From the NCBI GenBank assembly GCA_937923115.1, contig CAKZTE010000085.1:4923-68922 (forward strand): a stretch of 64,000 bases of DNA. Reading direction: 5' to 3'. The DNA comes from an uncultured Caulobacterales bacterium. Its GTDB lineage: Bacteria > Pseudomonadota > Alphaproteobacteria > Caulobacterales > Maricaulaceae. Shown piece after piece: positions 37,435 to 48,505 of this stretch. Both the position numbers and the translations under genes were made by a program. Each line of letters starts with the position of its first letter. Positions within the stretch are counted from its first letter, which is position 1. The notes under the pieces are model-generated. The model saw only the letters and a program-made list of their open reading frames with translations, was not told where the DNA came from and did no database searches.

Positions 37435-39657
37435 ATGAAACACAACAGTTTAAAGAGACTTTTAGCCCTCGGCACAGCCTTGACCTTAGGCTCTGCGGGG
37501 CTGTCTGCTTGCTCAAATGCCCCGGCCGATATGAAAGAAAAAGCAACGGGTATGACCGAAGCTGCAAAGGACAAAATAAGCGAAGTGACCTATAAAACTC
37601 TTGAATTTAAGACGCCTGGCCAAACCAATGAAGATCATCTTTACCTTGAAGAGGTTCTGGGCGAAGCGGCTCTCGCCAAAGTTAATGATTGGAATACGCG
37701 TACATTGGACCGCCTAACGGCGGACCCCCGCTTTACAAAAATGCAAGCGGATGCCTTGGAAATCCTAAATTCAAAGGATAAAATTCCTTACGTGTCCTTT
37801 CGCGGCGGCGAAGTGCATAATTTCTGGCAAGACGAAACCCATGTCCGCGGCGTTTGGCGCAAGTCCACATTAGACAGCTATCTAAGCGGGGATACGCAAT
37901 GGGAAACCGTTCTTGATTTTGATAAGCTCGCCAAAGATGAAGGCAAAAACTGGGTCTATAAAGGTAATACATGCCTTAGCCCTGATTATGAGCTGTGCAT
38001 CGTCAATCTGTCGGACGGGGGCAAAGACGCCGTTGTGCGCCGCGAATTTAACACCAAGACGAAGACATGGGTAAAAGACGGATTTGTCACCGAGGAATCC
38101 AAAGGCACAATGTCTTGGCTCGACGCAAACCATGTCGTTGTCGGCGTTGATTTTGGCGACGGAACGATGACGGACTCGGGCTATCCCATGGTCGCAAAAC
38201 TGTGGAAGCGCGGCACGCCGCTCTCTGCCGCTGTTGAAATGGGGCGCGGCGAGCAAGCCGATGTCGGCTATTGGCCCGGAACCTTTGAGCTCACCGATGG
38301 TTCGCGCGAAGTGGTTATTTCTCGCAGCAAGACTTTTTATGACAGCGACGTTTTCTGGGTTCCCGTCAAAGACGGCGCGCCCCAAACCCCCATTAAATTT
38401 CCTGTACCTGAAAAATCAAGCCTTGGTGATGAGTTCAAAGGCCAAGTCCTGCTCTCGCTCAATGAAGACTGGCGCGGATTTAAAAATGGCGACCTTGTGA
38501 GTTTCGCTATGTCCGACTTCATGGAAGACGGCGAAATCTCCGATGTTACTCTCGTCTATAGCCCCGACGCCAAATCCTCCATGAATGGGTATGGCGCGAC
38601 CAAGTCTAAAGTACTGATGAGCATTTCAAGCGATGTCACAAGCGCGGCCTATGCCTTTGATTTCAAAGACGGCAAGTGGAGCTCTGAAAAGCTCGACTTC
38701 CCCGCTAATGGCACTGTCTCTATCGGCGCAACCAATGACAAAGAAGACGTGGCTTTCATTAGCTCCGAAAGCTTCCTAACCCCTGATACGTTGTGGACCT
38801 TTAACACCGCTACCGGCGAAAAAGCGGCGGCGAAATCTTTGCCGGCTTGGTTCGACGCTTCGAGCATGACATCAGAGCAATTTTTTGCGACCAGCCCTGA
38901 TGGGACGAAGGTACCTTATTTTGTTGTCCGTGATAAAAATATAAAAATGGACGGCACAAACCCAACCCTGCTTTACGGCTATGGCGGTTTTGAAATCTCG
39001 CTTAACCCAAGCTATAGTGCGACACGCGGGAAGCTTTGGCTCGAGAACGGCGGCGTCTATGTGCTCGCCAACATTCGCGGCGGCGGCGAATATGGCCCGA
39101 AATGGCACCAAGCCGGCCTAAAGACTGAGCGCCAGCGCATCTATGATGATTTTATAGCTGTGGCCGAGAGCCTAATTGACAAGGGCATCACGAGCCCGAA
39201 ACATCTAGGCATTGAAGGCGGGTCAAACGGCGGGCTTTTAATGGGCGTTATGTTCACCCAGCGCCCTGATTTGTTTAACGCCGTTATCTGCGCTGTACCG
39301 CTTTTGGATATGATGCGCTTTCACACATTACTCGCGGGCGCATCATGGATGGGCGAATATGGCAATCCCGAAGATCCTGTTGAAGGCGCGTTCCTGCGCA
39401 AAATTTCACCTTATCACAATATTGACCCAGAGGCGGATTATCCCGAAGTCTTTTTCGTGACATCCACAAAAGATGACCGTGTGCACCCCGCGCATGCCCG
39501 CAAGGTCGCCAAACGTATGGAAGACCAGGGTCATGAGTTCCTTTATTACGAGAATATTGACGGCGGCCATAGCGCAGCAGCAAACCTCAAAGAGACCGCC
39601 AAGCGCCTCGCCTTGCAGCATACATATTTAATGCAGAAGCTTGTCGACGGGGAATAG
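37435..39657 (+). CDS. Prolyl oligopeptidase (S9A) lipoprotein
   Basis: Lipobox LSAC; YGYGGF; NIRGGGEYG; GGSNGGLL; DDRVHPAHA; GGH; start MKHN behind GGAG. Confidence 0.95.
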   Translation: MKHNSLKRLLALGTALTLGSAGLSACSNAPADMKEKATGMTEAAKDKISEVTYKTLEFKTPGQTNEDHLYLEEVLGEAALAKVNDWNTRTLDRLTADPRFTKMQADALEILNSKDKIPYVSFRGGEVHNFWQDETHVRGVWRKSTLDSYLSGDTQWETVLDFDKLAKDEGKNWVYKGNTCLSPDYELCIVNLSDGGKDAVVRREFNTKTKTWVKDGFVTEESKGTMSWLDANHVVVGVDFGDGTMTDSGYPMVAKLWKRGTPLSAAVEMGRGEQADVGYWPGTFELTDGSREVVISRSKTFYDSDVFWVPVKDGAPQTPIKFPVPEKSSLGDEFKGQVLLSLNEDWRGFKNGDLVSFAMSDFMEDGEISDVTLVYSPDAKSSMNGYGATKSKVLMSISSDVTSAAYAFDFKDGKWSSEKLDFPANGTVSIGATNDKEDVAFISSESFLTPDTLWTFNTATGEKAAAKSLPAWFDASSMTSEQFFATSPDGTKVPYFVVRDKNIKMDGTNPTLLYGYGGFEISLNPSYSATRGKLWLENGGVYVLANIRGGGEYGPKWHQAGLKTERQRIYDDFIAVAESLIDKGITSPKHLGIEGGSNGGLLMGVMFTQRPDLFNAVICAVPLLDMMRFHTLLAGASWMGEYGNPEDPVEGAFLRKISPYHNIDPEADYPEVFFVTSTKDDRVHPAHARKVAKRMEDQGHEFLYYENIDGGHSAAANLKETAKRLALQHTYLMQKLVDGE

Positions 39658-39678
39658 GCAGGCCGTAATTGTAACTCT

Positions 39679-39709
39679 AAAACCGCCATTTTGAACTGGC
39701 GGTTTTTTT
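39679..39709 (+). terminator. Intrinsic terminator
   Basis: AAAACCGCCA-TTTTGAAC-TGGCGGTTTTTTT. Confidence 0.88.
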
Positions 39710-39786
39710 ATGGCTAATCGCGACCCTATCCATTGCATCACGCGCCCGTCCCCGTCATGATGCAATAAAAATCTGGGAACTTTGTC

Positions 39787-41031
39787 ATGCTCAAAAAATA
39801 TTACGATATTCCGCTTTTACTGTTGGTTTTAATCGCCGCCGGGCTGGCGTTTGCCTTTTGGGGCATGGGGCTGTCGGGGCTTACCGCGCCGCTGAAGATG
39901 GGCGATATATATCTGACGAAATCGATTGCGGAATTGGCAAAGGATGCGCTTTTTGTGCCCCTCAAGCCGATTATGTATGCCCTGATTATCCTGTCAATCG
40001 CGGCCTCTATTGCGGTCTCGCGCGGGGGTATGGGCGCGAAGTTTCTGCGTGTCCTCGGCTTTTTTATCGGTTTTTCTCTGATTGGCGTCGTCGTCGCGGT
40101 CGTGGCCCACACACTTTTCCCGATTGAGGTGTTCGATAGCCCCGAAGCGCTTGGCCTACCGGAATCTCTGAATGTAGAGCCCATTCCATTTCTCGCAAAA
40201 ATCTACGGCGTCATTACCAGCCCTCTTATGATTTCTATTTACGGCGGTCTTTTGCTTGGCCGCGCAATCAAGGGGCTAGAGGGGAAGCATCCTGGCATTG
40301 GGCAGCAGGCTGATATTATCTCCGATATGTTTATCAAAGGCTTCATCAAGTTTCTTTGGATTACAATTCCACTTGCGGTTTTTGGCTCGCTGACATTAGC
40401 CCTGAACCGTGAAGGCGGGGTGGAGTCGTTGGTGAAGCTGTCGAAAATATTGCCTGTTTACATTGGCTCAATGGCCATTGTCTGGGCGCTAATGATCCTC
40501 ATCAGCGCGCGCGTTTTAGGCCATGGGCTTGGCTTTATGGGTCGCGCCCTAGTACCGCAAGCTGTTGTAGCAATGGCCACCAGCTCATCTATGGCGACTT
40601 TGCCCGCGACCCGCGTTGCCTGTGACCAGCTTGGCGCAAATGCCGATGAAGCTACGCCGTTTTATACCGTTGGCGCGACCATTAATATGGTGGGCACGCT
40701 AATGGGGCTTACCCTGATTACGCTCTATGGCATGCAAGCCTATGGTCTTGAGATAAGCCTTGGTGACCGTATTGTGGTCGCCCTTCAGTCCATGGTTTAC
40801 GCCACCTCAGCGGCGGGCGTCCCGAGCGCGTCAATTATGCTCATTCAGGAACTCCTCACAAGCCAAGGCGTCTCTGGCGATTTTGCAACCTATATTACGG
40901 CGATTATCATCACGATTGACACGCTGATTTTGGACCGTATGCGCACCATGCTAAACACACAGTCGGACTCCATGAGCACCGCAAATGGCCTGAAGCTGTA
41001 TTACAAAACGCCCAAAACCTTGGCCGAGTAA
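39787..41031 (+). CDS. Dicarboxylate/amino acid:cation symporter (DAACS)
   Basis: ATSSSMATLP; GATINMVGT; AAGVP; LDRMRTMLN. Confidence 0.9.
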   Translation: MLKKYYDIPLLLLVLIAAGLAFAFWGMGLSGLTAPLKMGDIYLTKSIAELAKDALFVPLKPIMYALIILSIAASIAVSRGGMGAKFLRVLGFFIGFSLIGVVVAVVAHTLFPIEVFDSPEALGLPESLNVEPIPFLAKIYGVITSPLMISIYGGLLLGRAIKGLEGKHPGIGQQADIISDMFIKGFIKFLWITIPLAVFGSLTLALNREGGVESLVKLSKILPVYIGSMAIVWALMILISARVLGHGLGFMGRALVPQAVVAMATSSSMATLPATRVACDQLGANADEATPFYTVGATINMVGTLMGLTLITLYGMQAYGLEISLGDRIVVALQSMVYATSAAGVPSASIMLIQELLTSQGVSGDFATYITAIIITIDTLILDRMRTMLNTQSDSMSTANGLKLYYKTPKTLAE

Positions 41032-42785
41032 TGCAAAAGCGTTTTATTTTCGCCTTCGCGCTTTTATTTGCCGCTTGCGGCGACAAAGCCGCCGCGCCCT
41101 CGCCTGTTATCATGACGCCGCAAGGCGCTATTCAGGGCGAGCTAACAGAGGCAGGTTTTGCTAATTTCAAGGGCATTCCCTTTGCCGCGCCGCCGATTGG
41201 CGATCTGCGCTGGCGCCCGCCGGCCCCGGCGCCAAGCTGGACGGAGACGCGGGACGCTACTGAATTTTCGCCTATGTGCATGCAGGTCACAAGCGAAGGC
41301 AATGATAGCTTTTTCGAGCGTATCATAGACGGCAGCGGCCTCTCAAGCTGGAAAGAGTTTTTGATAAAGCGCGTGGCGGCGAACTTACCTGTCTCGCCAG
41401 TGTCCGAAGATTGCCTTTATTTGAATGTGCGCACGCCCGCTTTATCTAGCAGCGGCGCGCCAAAAGATTCCCTGCCCGTCATGGTCTGGATTCACGGCGG
41501 CGGCCATCAATTTGGCTCGGGGGATTTCACCTATTACCAAGGCGACAGCCTGCCCGCACAAGGCGTTGTCGTCGTCACAATAAATTACCGCCTTGGCGCA
41601 TTTGGTTATCTGGCGCACCCAGCCCTTTCGGCTGATGACCCAAACGGCGTATCGGGAAATTACGGCGCGCTTGATCAAATTGCAGCACTTAAATGGGTGC
41701 GTAATAACATCAGCGCCTACGGCGGCGATCCTGATAATGTCACCATATTTGGCGAGAGCGCGGGCGCTTGGTCTGTAACGGAAATGATGGCAAGCCCGCT
41801 GGCAAAAGGACTATTTCACAAGGCGATCGGCCAGAGCGGCAGCTCGGTTTACCATATGGGCCAAATGGACGGCGAAGGCGTTGGCTGGGTCAGCGGATAT
41901 GAAACGGCTGAAAAACTAGACGCTGCACTGAATTTATCTGGTCCAAGCGCAAGCACCCTTCGCGCCCTGCCCGCCGAAACTCTCTTAAATGCCGTGACCC
42001 CAGACATTGCCGAGGGTTTTAATCACGTTGCGGATGGCTATGTCTTTCCGCAAAGTGTGGGCCTCGCGTTTAAATCAGGTAATTACAATAAGGTCCCTGT
42101 CCTGTTTGGATATAATGCCGATGAAGGCACGTTGTTCTACCCGACAGACCCAGAACCAACTGTGTGGAAAGAGGGCTTCCCCAGCGGCGGCACGCGGGCG
42201 GACATTTTGGCCTATCTGTCAGATGTTTTCCCAACCCAAGCAGAGACACTCATCGATCTCTACGCGCTTGATACTGACAGCTATCAAGGCGGCATGGATA
42301 TGATGGGAGACGAGATTTTTGGCATGAATGTGCGCTATACGCTGGAGCGCGCCGAGGCTGACGGGCAGCCCGCCTTTGCCTATACATGGAACCGCGTCCC
42401 GCCAGGTAAAAACCAAACCATTGGCGCGTTTCATTCAGCGGAGCTTCCGTTTGTTTTTGACACGAGCGAACCTATTTTAGGCTATTCGGATGAAGACAAA
42501 TTACTGACGGCGCAAATGGTCAGCTATTGGACAAATTTTGCGAAATCGGGAAACCCAAATGGCGAGAGCGTGCCCAATTGGCCGCAGTATGGCGGCGCGA
42601 ATTGGCTGGCGATGGAGGCTAATACTGGCATGAAAACCCGCGTGGTGCAAAACTGGCGCGGGGACAAACTTGACGCGCTCAGCGAAGGGCTAGAGACAAA
42701 GCTGTCCGAGCTTGAAGCGCTCACGCTTCCTGCGGTTGATGTCAAAGCGGGCATGAAAGCCGCGGACGATATCGCCCGCGACTAA
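41031..42785 (+). CDS. Type-B carboxylesterase/lipase, lipoprotein
   Basis: FAAC lipobox; GIPFAAPP.GDLRW; SEDCLYLNV; WIHGGG; FGESAG; FHSAEL. Confidence 0.95.
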   Translation: MQKRFIFAFALLFAACGDKAAAPSPVIMTPQGAIQGELTEAGFANFKGIPFAAPPIGDLRWRPPAPAPSWTETRDATEFSPMCMQVTSEGNDSFFERIIDGSGLSSWKEFLIKRVAANLPVSPVSEDCLYLNVRTPALSSSGAPKDSLPVMVWIHGGGHQFGSGDFTYYQGDSLPAQGVVVVTINYRLGAFGYLAHPALSADDPNGVSGNYGALDQIAALKWVRNNISAYGGDPDNVTIFGESAGAWSVTEMMASPLAKGLFHKAIGQSGSSVYHMGQMDGEGVGWVSGYETAEKLDAALNLSGPSASTLRALPAETLLNAVTPDIAEGFNHVADGYVFPQSVGLAFKSGNYNKVPVLFGYNADEGTLFYPTDPEPTVWKEGFPSGGTRADILAYLSDVFPTQAETLIDLYALDTDSYQGGMDMMGDEIFGMNVRYTLERAEADGQPAFAYTWNRVPPGKNQTIGAFHSAELPFVFDTSEPILGYSDEDKLLTAQMVSYWTNFAKSGNPNGESVPNWPQYGGANWLAMEANTGMKTRVVQNWRGDKLDALSEGLETKLSELEALTLPAVDVKAGMKAADDIARD

Positions 42786-42789
42786 GGAT

Positions 42790-43263
42790 CTAAGCCGCCG
42801 TAGCGCGCAGCATCCATGCCGTTTTTTCATGCAGGGTCACGCGCGGCGAGACAACATCCGCGGTGGCGTCGTCATTGGCCTCTTCGGCAATACGCAAAAC
42901 ATCACGCGCTATTTTCGCAAGCTGCTCATGATCTTGGGCAAGGGTCTGAACCATTGTCTTCCAATCAGGCGAACCCGCTTCTTCTTTGATGTCGGATACT
43001 TTGGCCATAGCCGCATAGGAGCGCGGCGCATAAAGACCGAGCGCGCGTACCCGTTCCGCCAGCTCATCCACAGCCGTCCACATCTCGGTATATTGTTCCA
43101 TAAATTGAATGTGAAGCTGCTGAAAATGCGGGCCTTCAACATTCCAGTGATACCCATGCGTTTTAAGATAAAGCGTGTAAGTGTTTGCCATAAGCTTCGT
43201 CACGGCTTCTGCTGATTTTAAGCGGTCAACTTTGTCAATGCCGATATCGATGTCCATGGTCAT
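42790..43263 (-). CDS. dps: Dps DNA-protection ferritin-like protein
   Basis: LYLKTHGYHWNVEGPHF..LH; DELAERVRALG; HEKTAWML. Confidence 0.96.
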   Translation of the reverse strand: MTMDIDIGIDKVDRLKSAEAVTKLMANTYTLYLKTHGYHWNVEGPHFQQLHIQFMEQYTEMWTAVDELAERVRALGLYAPRSYAAMAKVSDIKEEAGSPDWKTMVQTLAQDHEQLAKIARDVLRIAEEANDDATADVVSPRVTLHEKTAWMLRATAA

Positions 43264-43341
43264 ATCCTCTTCTTTATCTTGGCTATATGTCGGAATGCTT
43301 AAGCGAAATTCAAGACGTTGGGCATAATTAAAATACTTCGA

Positions 43342-44298
43342 TTAATCCTCAAAACTTGCGAGGCTTTGGCGCTTTCGGTTCACGATCAGGCGCGTGACAT
43401 CAGGTCGTGAGTAATGGCCGCTAGGGTCAAAATTTTGCCGCTCGCGCCGCACAAATGCAGGGTCAAGCTCGGCATATCGCAGCGTTTCTGCGCCTGTCTT
43501 CGGCGCAAGGAGCCAGCTTCCATCAGGGTTTGCTATGCATGAACCGCCATTTGCGCCCATTTCGCCTATTCCCGCTTTAATCTGCGCAGCCATAGGCATA
43601 TCATCTGGCACATCGCTGGCACGCATAATTGCCGAGACAGATATAGCGTAACTGCGGCCTTCTTTGGCGAGGACGGGCGTTAAGTCTTCGGTGTTATGGA
43701 GGCTCCCGGGCCAGCACGCGACATGCACATCCTCGCCTTGGGCGTATAGCGCGGCGCGCGAGAGCGGCATCCAGTTCTCCCAGCAGTTTAAACCGCCAAC
43801 CGTAAAACCACCAAGACTATGAGTGACTAGCCCATTACCGTCCCCCGGTGACCAGACGAGGCGCTCTTCATAGGTAGGCTGAAGCTTGCGGTGAACAGAG
43901 CGAATGACGCCGCCTTGGTCGATATATATGAAGCTACAATAAAGCGAGTGGCCGCTGCGGTCGGCGGCGCGTTCAATCACGCCCAAATAACAGGCCATGT
44001 TCGCCGCCTTTAGCGCCCTGCAGACGCCGTCCAAATGTCCTTTTTCAGGCGTCACAGCTTGACCAGAGTAAAGCGCAAAGAGTTCTTTTTGAGCGCTGTC
44101 ATTAAACTTCGCGCCGCCTGTAATATCGAGCCAAAACGGATAACCTGGAATAAAACCTTCTGAGAAGGCAATCAGCTCTGCGCCCTCTTTTGCGGCGGCT
44201 TCAATTGTGCTTATAACCTTTGCAAGTCCCGCCTCTCGGTTCATCCAAATCGGCGCGATTTGCGGCAGGGCGACCTTTAGTAATTTTTCGTTAACCAT
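43342..44298 (-). CDS. Nitrilase (carbon-nitrogen hydrolase)
   Basis: Catalytic E (FSEGFIPGYP), K (HRKLQPTYEER), C (LNCWEN); DPSGHYSRPDV; start reassigned to MVNEK. Confidence 0.93.
   Translation of the reverse strand: MVNEKLLKVALPQIAPIWMNREAGLAKVISTIEAAAKEGAELIAFSEGFIPGYPFWLDITGGAKFNDSAQKELFALYSGQAVTPEKGHLDGVCRALKAANMACYLGVIERAADRSGHSLYCSFIYIDQGGVIRSVHRKLQPTYEERLVWSPGDGNGLVTHSLGGFTVGGLNCWENWMPLSRAALYAQGEDVHVACWPGSLHNTEDLTPVLAKEGRSYAISVSAIMRASDVPDDMPMAAQIKAGIGEMGANGGSCIANPDGSWLLAPKTGAETLRYAELDPAFVRRERQNFDPSGHYSRPDVTRLIVNRKRQSLASFED
44280..44296 (+). promoter_or_regulatory. CtrA-type box upstream of the Tad vWA gene
   Basis: GTAA-TTTTTCG-TTAACC, overlapping the first codons of the divergent nitrilase. 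Confidence 0.4.
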
Positions 44299-44422
44299 AA
44301 CCGCTATCCCTTGAGATTCACCAAAAACTAACCCTAAATCCTGAAGCTTTGCAAAGAGGTTTTGTGTTAGCTTTGCTTCAATATTCATGCAACTCGCTTA
44401 CTATTTACAGGAAGTCCACCCA

Positions 44423-45844
44423 ATGAATACAGCATTTTTAAACCACTTATTTTCAGCGGCTACCGATTATAAACGAAATAAAGATGGCAACTTTGCCGTG
44501 ACCATGGCGATTGGAACAACAGTTCTGGTCGCGGCCATTGGAGCCGCAGTCGATATTGGCGGGGTCACGTCTGAAAAGGCCCGCCTTCAAAATATCACAG
44601 ATAGCGCCGTTTTGGCGGCGTCTGCATCAGGCGAGACGAAACTTGTTGATATCAAAGGCGTTGTGGATGATGTGATGGCCATACACCAAGATGAGCTGAG
44701 AGGCTTTTCTTACAAAACGAGCATTGTGGATGAGACAATTGAGGTTAATTCGAGTGCCGTTCACGAAACAGCCTTCATGGCCATGTTTGGCAGAAAATCA
44801 ATCCCCATCAGCACGCGCGCGGGCGCGCCCGTACCGACTGATGTGCCCGTCCATATTTCTTTGGTCGTTGACACCACAGACTCTATGGCAGGCGAAAATT
44901 TGGACTCGCTTCAAGAGGCGGCAGGGGCGCTGATTAAAACAATTGAAAAAGCCAAAGACGCAGGCGCGAAAATGGCGGTCGTGCCATTTGGCAACTATGT
45001 TAATGTCGGCGACGGCAACCGAAACGCCGCCTGGATGGATGTGCCCGCAGATTACACTCAAACCAGCGCATGCTTTATGTACAAGCCCGTGAAAAGCAGA
45101 ACCGGCTGTACAGACGGGACGCGCACACGGTATAATGACGGTGTTCCCGAAGACTATTCCGTTCAAGAAGGCTGCGTCATCGAATATGAAGACGAGGAAG
45201 TTGAGTATTGTCCACCGCCCAGAGATGTTCAATGGAACGGATGTGCGGGATCGCGTAATGAACCTTTAAACATAACCGCCCCTGCTGCCTCAGGCAGTAC
45301 AGAAATTCCGGGGGCCATGGGCGTGAGCTGCGGGTCTGAAATTCTGCCTATGACAGATAATTTTGACGACGTGTCAGACACGGTCGATGGCCTTACGACG
45401 CGGGGGGATACCTATCTTCCAACGGGCCTTATTTGGGGCTGGCGAACACTTACCCCGACAGCGCCTTTCCCCTCGGCCGTAACATCAGAAAAAACAATTC
45501 GTGCCATGGTGTTTATGACCGATGGCGGCAACACAATGGGTCAGTATGACAAAGAAGGAACGGGCGACGAGGCCTATCACCGTACATTGGCGCCGGATGA
45601 TGACGCAGGTAATGAAAAAGCGATAGAGCGCATGCTGGCCATTTGCGACGGTATAAAGGCTGATGGCATCACAATTTACACCGTGGGCTATAAGCTTCCC
45701 GCGGGCGCTGTGGGCGATAATTCTGCCCTGGAAACTTGCGCGTCTAGCGGGTCAACGGCCTTCGAAGCTGATAATGCAAAAGAACTCAAAGATGCTTTTG
45801 GTGATATTGGTAAATCTTTGGCCACGGTCAGGCTCTCTTACTAG
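44423..45844 (+). CDS. TadG/TadE-like pseudopilin with vWA domain
   Basis: KDGNFAVTMA prepilin-like N-terminus; AVD...LQ...DSAVLA; MIDAS-like DTTDS and MTDG; Cys-rich insert. Confidence 0.88.
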   Translation: MNTAFLNHLFSAATDYKRNKDGNFAVTMAIGTTVLVAAIGAAVDIGGVTSEKARLQNITDSAVLAASASGETKLVDIKGVVDDVMAIHQDELRGFSYKTSIVDETIEVNSSAVHETAFMAMFGRKSIPISTRAGAPVPTDVPVHISLVVDTTDSMAGENLDSLQEAAGALIKTIEKAKDAGAKMAVVPFGNYVNVGDGNRNAAWMDVPADYTQTSACFMYKPVKSRTGCTDGTRTRYNDGVPEDYSVQEGCVIEYEDEEVEYCPPPRDVQWNGCAGSRNEPLNITAPAASGSTEIPGAMGVSCGSEILPMTDNFDDVSDTVDGLTTRGDTYLPTGLIWGWRTLTPTAPFPSAVTSEKTIRAMVFMTDGGNTMGQYDKEGTGDEAYHRTLAPDDDAGNEKAIERMLAICDGIKADGITIYTVGYKLPAGAVGDNSALETCASSGSTAFEADNAKELKDAFGDIGKSLATVRLSY

Positions 45845-45934
45845 GCCCTAGCGCGCCCCTACCGACTGCAAACAGCCGCCTTTGCCCTTGCTAATTCTAT
45901 TGGGGACGCCAGAGAGTCATGATAGCTTTGCGCC

Positions 45935-46585
45935 ATGACGCGACTTGTGATTTTTGACTGTGACGGAGTGCTGGTTGATAGCGAAGCTATCGCCAATCGC
46001 GTCATGGCCCAGCACATCACCAAGGCGGGTTGGCGCATGAGCGGCTCGCAGAGCGAAGCGCTGTTTAAGGGCGCAACAATGTCTCAAGTCATAAGCAATG
46101 TGGAGCACTATATTGGCCGTCGTCTGCCGCCCACTTGGCTGGCGCGGTTTGAAGAAGAATGCTTTAGCACCTTCATGGACGAGTTACAGCCCGTAGACGG
46201 TATTATAGACCTTATTCGCAGAATTCACCGCGCCGGCATTATCAGTTGCGTCGCGTCACAAGGCAGCCAAGCCAAAATGGCTGTTACTCTAAAAGCTGCA
46301 GGCTTAATTGACATGGTCGGCGGTCATATTTTTTCAGCCGCTGAAATTGGGCGGCCCAAACCAGCGCCAGATATTTTTCTTCACGCGGCAATGCGTATGA
46401 GCACGCCCGCAAGCCAATGCTTGGTTATCGAGGATAGCGTGACAGGCGTCAAAGCTGCCCTCGCGGCGGGGATGAAAATTATCGGCTACGACCCCAAAGG
46501 CGCGGGCCCCACCGCCACAAGCCCGCTCGCGATTGACCCGCGGGTGCGCATTATACGGCATATGGACGAAATTACTGAAATCTAA
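45935..46585 (+). CDS. HAD-IA family phosphatase
   Basis: IFDCDGVLVDSE; KPAPD; IEDSVTG. Confidence 0.95.
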   Translation: MTRLVIFDCDGVLVDSEAIANRVMAQHITKAGWRMSGSQSEALFKGATMSQVISNVEHYIGRRLPPTWLARFEEECFSTFMDELQPVDGIIDLIRRIHRAGIISCVASQGSQAKMAVTLKAAGLIDMVGGHIFSAAEIGRPKPAPDIFLHAAMRMSTPASQCLVIEDSVTGVKAALAAGMKIIGYDPKGAGPTATSPLAIDPRVRIIRHMDEITEI

Positions 46586-46670
46586 ATTATTACACCCTAA
46601 GGCCTGCCTAAATCTTGCTATTGAGGCAGGCCAGCGCTAAACGCGCGCTAAATAATGAGACGAGACCCTT

Positions 46671-47204
46671 ATGATCCTTTCCGCTATTCCCGCTGGTGAC
46701 AATCCGCCCGAAGACATCAATGTTATCATCGAAGTGCCGCTCGGCGGCGAGCCTATTAAATACGAGATGGACAAAGCCTCTGGCGCTATGTTCGTTGACC
46801 GTTACCTTTACACCGCCATGCGCTATCCCTGTAATTACGGGTTCATCCCGCACACATTATCTGATGACGGCGACCCGACAGATGTCTTGGTTGTAGGGCA
46901 GCGCGCCTTAATGCCTGGCTCCGTTGTGCGGGCGCGGCCTGTAGGCGTTTTGATGATGGAAGACGAAGCCGGTATCGACGAAAAGATTGTCGCTGTGCCG
47001 CATCCCAAACTCACCGCCTATTATGATGCCATAAAAGAGCATACTGATTTGCCGCAAGTTTTGCAGGACCGCATTCCGCACTTCTTCGCGCATTACAAAG
47101 ACCTTGAGCCCGACAAATGGGTGAAAATTTTGGGTTGGGAGTCGCGCCAAAAAGCCTGCAAGCTCATTGAACAAGGCGTTAAAGCCGCAAAAGCTGCTGG
47201 CTAA
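46671..47204 (+). CDS. ppa: Inorganic pyrophosphatase (family I)
   Basis: IKYEMDK; [16 protein letters not shown]; FF.HYKDLE. Confidence 0.97.
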   Translation: MILSAIPAGDNPPEDINVIIEVPLGGEPIKYEMDKASGAMFVDRYLYTAMRYPCNYGFIPHTLSDDGDPTDVLVVGQRALMPGSVVRARPVGVLMMEDEAGIDEKIVAVPHPKLTAYYDAIKEHTDLPQVLQDRIPHFFAHYKDLEPDKWVKILGWESRQKACKLIEQGVKAAKAAG

Positions 47205-47233
47205 AACAAAGGCGCTCGTGATATAGGGCCGCT

Positions 47234-48394
47234 ATGGCAGCCACTTTAATCCAAACAGCAAACGTAAAGGGAACGGCGAAAGCCACCCCGAGGGACAGCC
47301 GCGTCAATATTTTGGGGCTGTCCAAAGCCGAGATTAAAGCAGAGCTAAGCAAGATTGGCGTCGAACCCAAAAAGCTGCGTATGCGCGCCAGCCAGATTTT
47401 CCAGTGGATGTATCATCACGGCGTCACTGAATTTGCGCAAATGACCAATATCGCCAAACCCATGCAAGCGAAATTTGCGCAGGCCTTTTCGCTAGCCCGT
47501 CCAGACATTGTTGAACGCCAAGTCAGTGTCGACGGCACGCGCAAATATCTTATTCGTATGGGACCGGGCATTGAAGTCGAGTCAGTCTTCATTCCTGATG
47601 TGTCCAAAACGGGCGCGCTGTGCGTCTCCTCCCAAGTGGGCTGTACGCTAACCTGTAAGTTCTGCCATACGGGCACGCAGCGCCTTGTTAGAAACCTCAC
47701 GGCGCAGGAAATTCTTTTGCAAATAATTGTCGCCCGCGATGATTTGGACGAATGGCCGACGCAGCAAGAGAACCGCAAGCTGACCAATATTGTTTTTATG
47801 GGCATGGGAGAGCCGCTCTATAATACGGACAATGTCTGCGATTCCATCGACATCATGTCAGACGAAACCGGCCTGTCTATTGGCCGCCGCCGCGTGACAG
47901 TGTCGACCTCTGGCGTTGTACCCGATATTGTCCCTATGGGCGAGCGGACCAATGCCATGTTGGCCATTTCACTTCATGCCGCCAATGATGATTTACGCAC
48001 GCAAATCATGCCGATTAATAAAAAATACCCTCTCGCCGCGCTGATGCAGGCTTGCCGCAACTATCCAAGCCTGTCTAACGCGCGACGCATTACGTTTGAA
48101 TATGTTATGCTCAAAGGGATAAATGATACGCCCAAACACGCACGCGAGCTGATTACATTATTGCAGGGCATACCGGCCAAGGTGAACCTGATCCCGTTCA
48201 ATCCATGGCCCGGGTCTGACTATGAGTGTTCTGACTGGGAGACCATTGAGCGTTTTGGGCAAATCGTGAATAAATCGGGTCTCGCCGCGCCCATTCGCAC
48301 CCCCAGAGGCCGCGACATTCTAGCCGCTTGTGGTCAGCTTAAGTCCGAGTCCGAGAAAAAACGCGCGAGTACGCTGCGCCGCGAACAATCCTAA
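47234..48394 (+). CDS. rlmN: 23S rRNA m2A2503 / tRNA methyltransferase RlmN
   Basis: [18 protein letters not shown]; MGMGEP; ISLHA; AACGQL. Confidence 0.97.
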   Translation: MAATLIQTANVKGTAKATPRDSRVNILGLSKAEIKAELSKIGVEPKKLRMRASQIFQWMYHHGVTEFAQMTNIAKPMQAKFAQAFSLARPDIVERQVSVDGTRKYLIRMGPGIEVESVFIPDVSKTGALCVSSQVGCTLTCKFCHTGTQRLVRNLTAQEILLQIIVARDDLDEWPTQQENRKLTNIVFMGMGEPLYNTDNVCDSIDIMSDETGLSIGRRRVTVSTSGVVPDIVPMGERTNAMLAISLHAANDDLRTQIMPINKKYPLAALMQACRNYPSLSNARRITFEYVMLKGINDTPKHARELITLLQGIPAKVNLIPFNPWPGSDYECSDWETIERFGQIVNKSGLAAPIRTPRGRDILAACGQLKSESEKKRASTLRREQS

Positions 48395-48505
48395 ATTATC
48401 AATAGCGGCCTTGCTGCACAATTCACTTGATTAAGGACGGCTTGGCTCTGTACAAAGCGTCAGCGCAAGACCCAGTGGGACGGTCTTTCATAGAGAGAGA
48501 GATGT

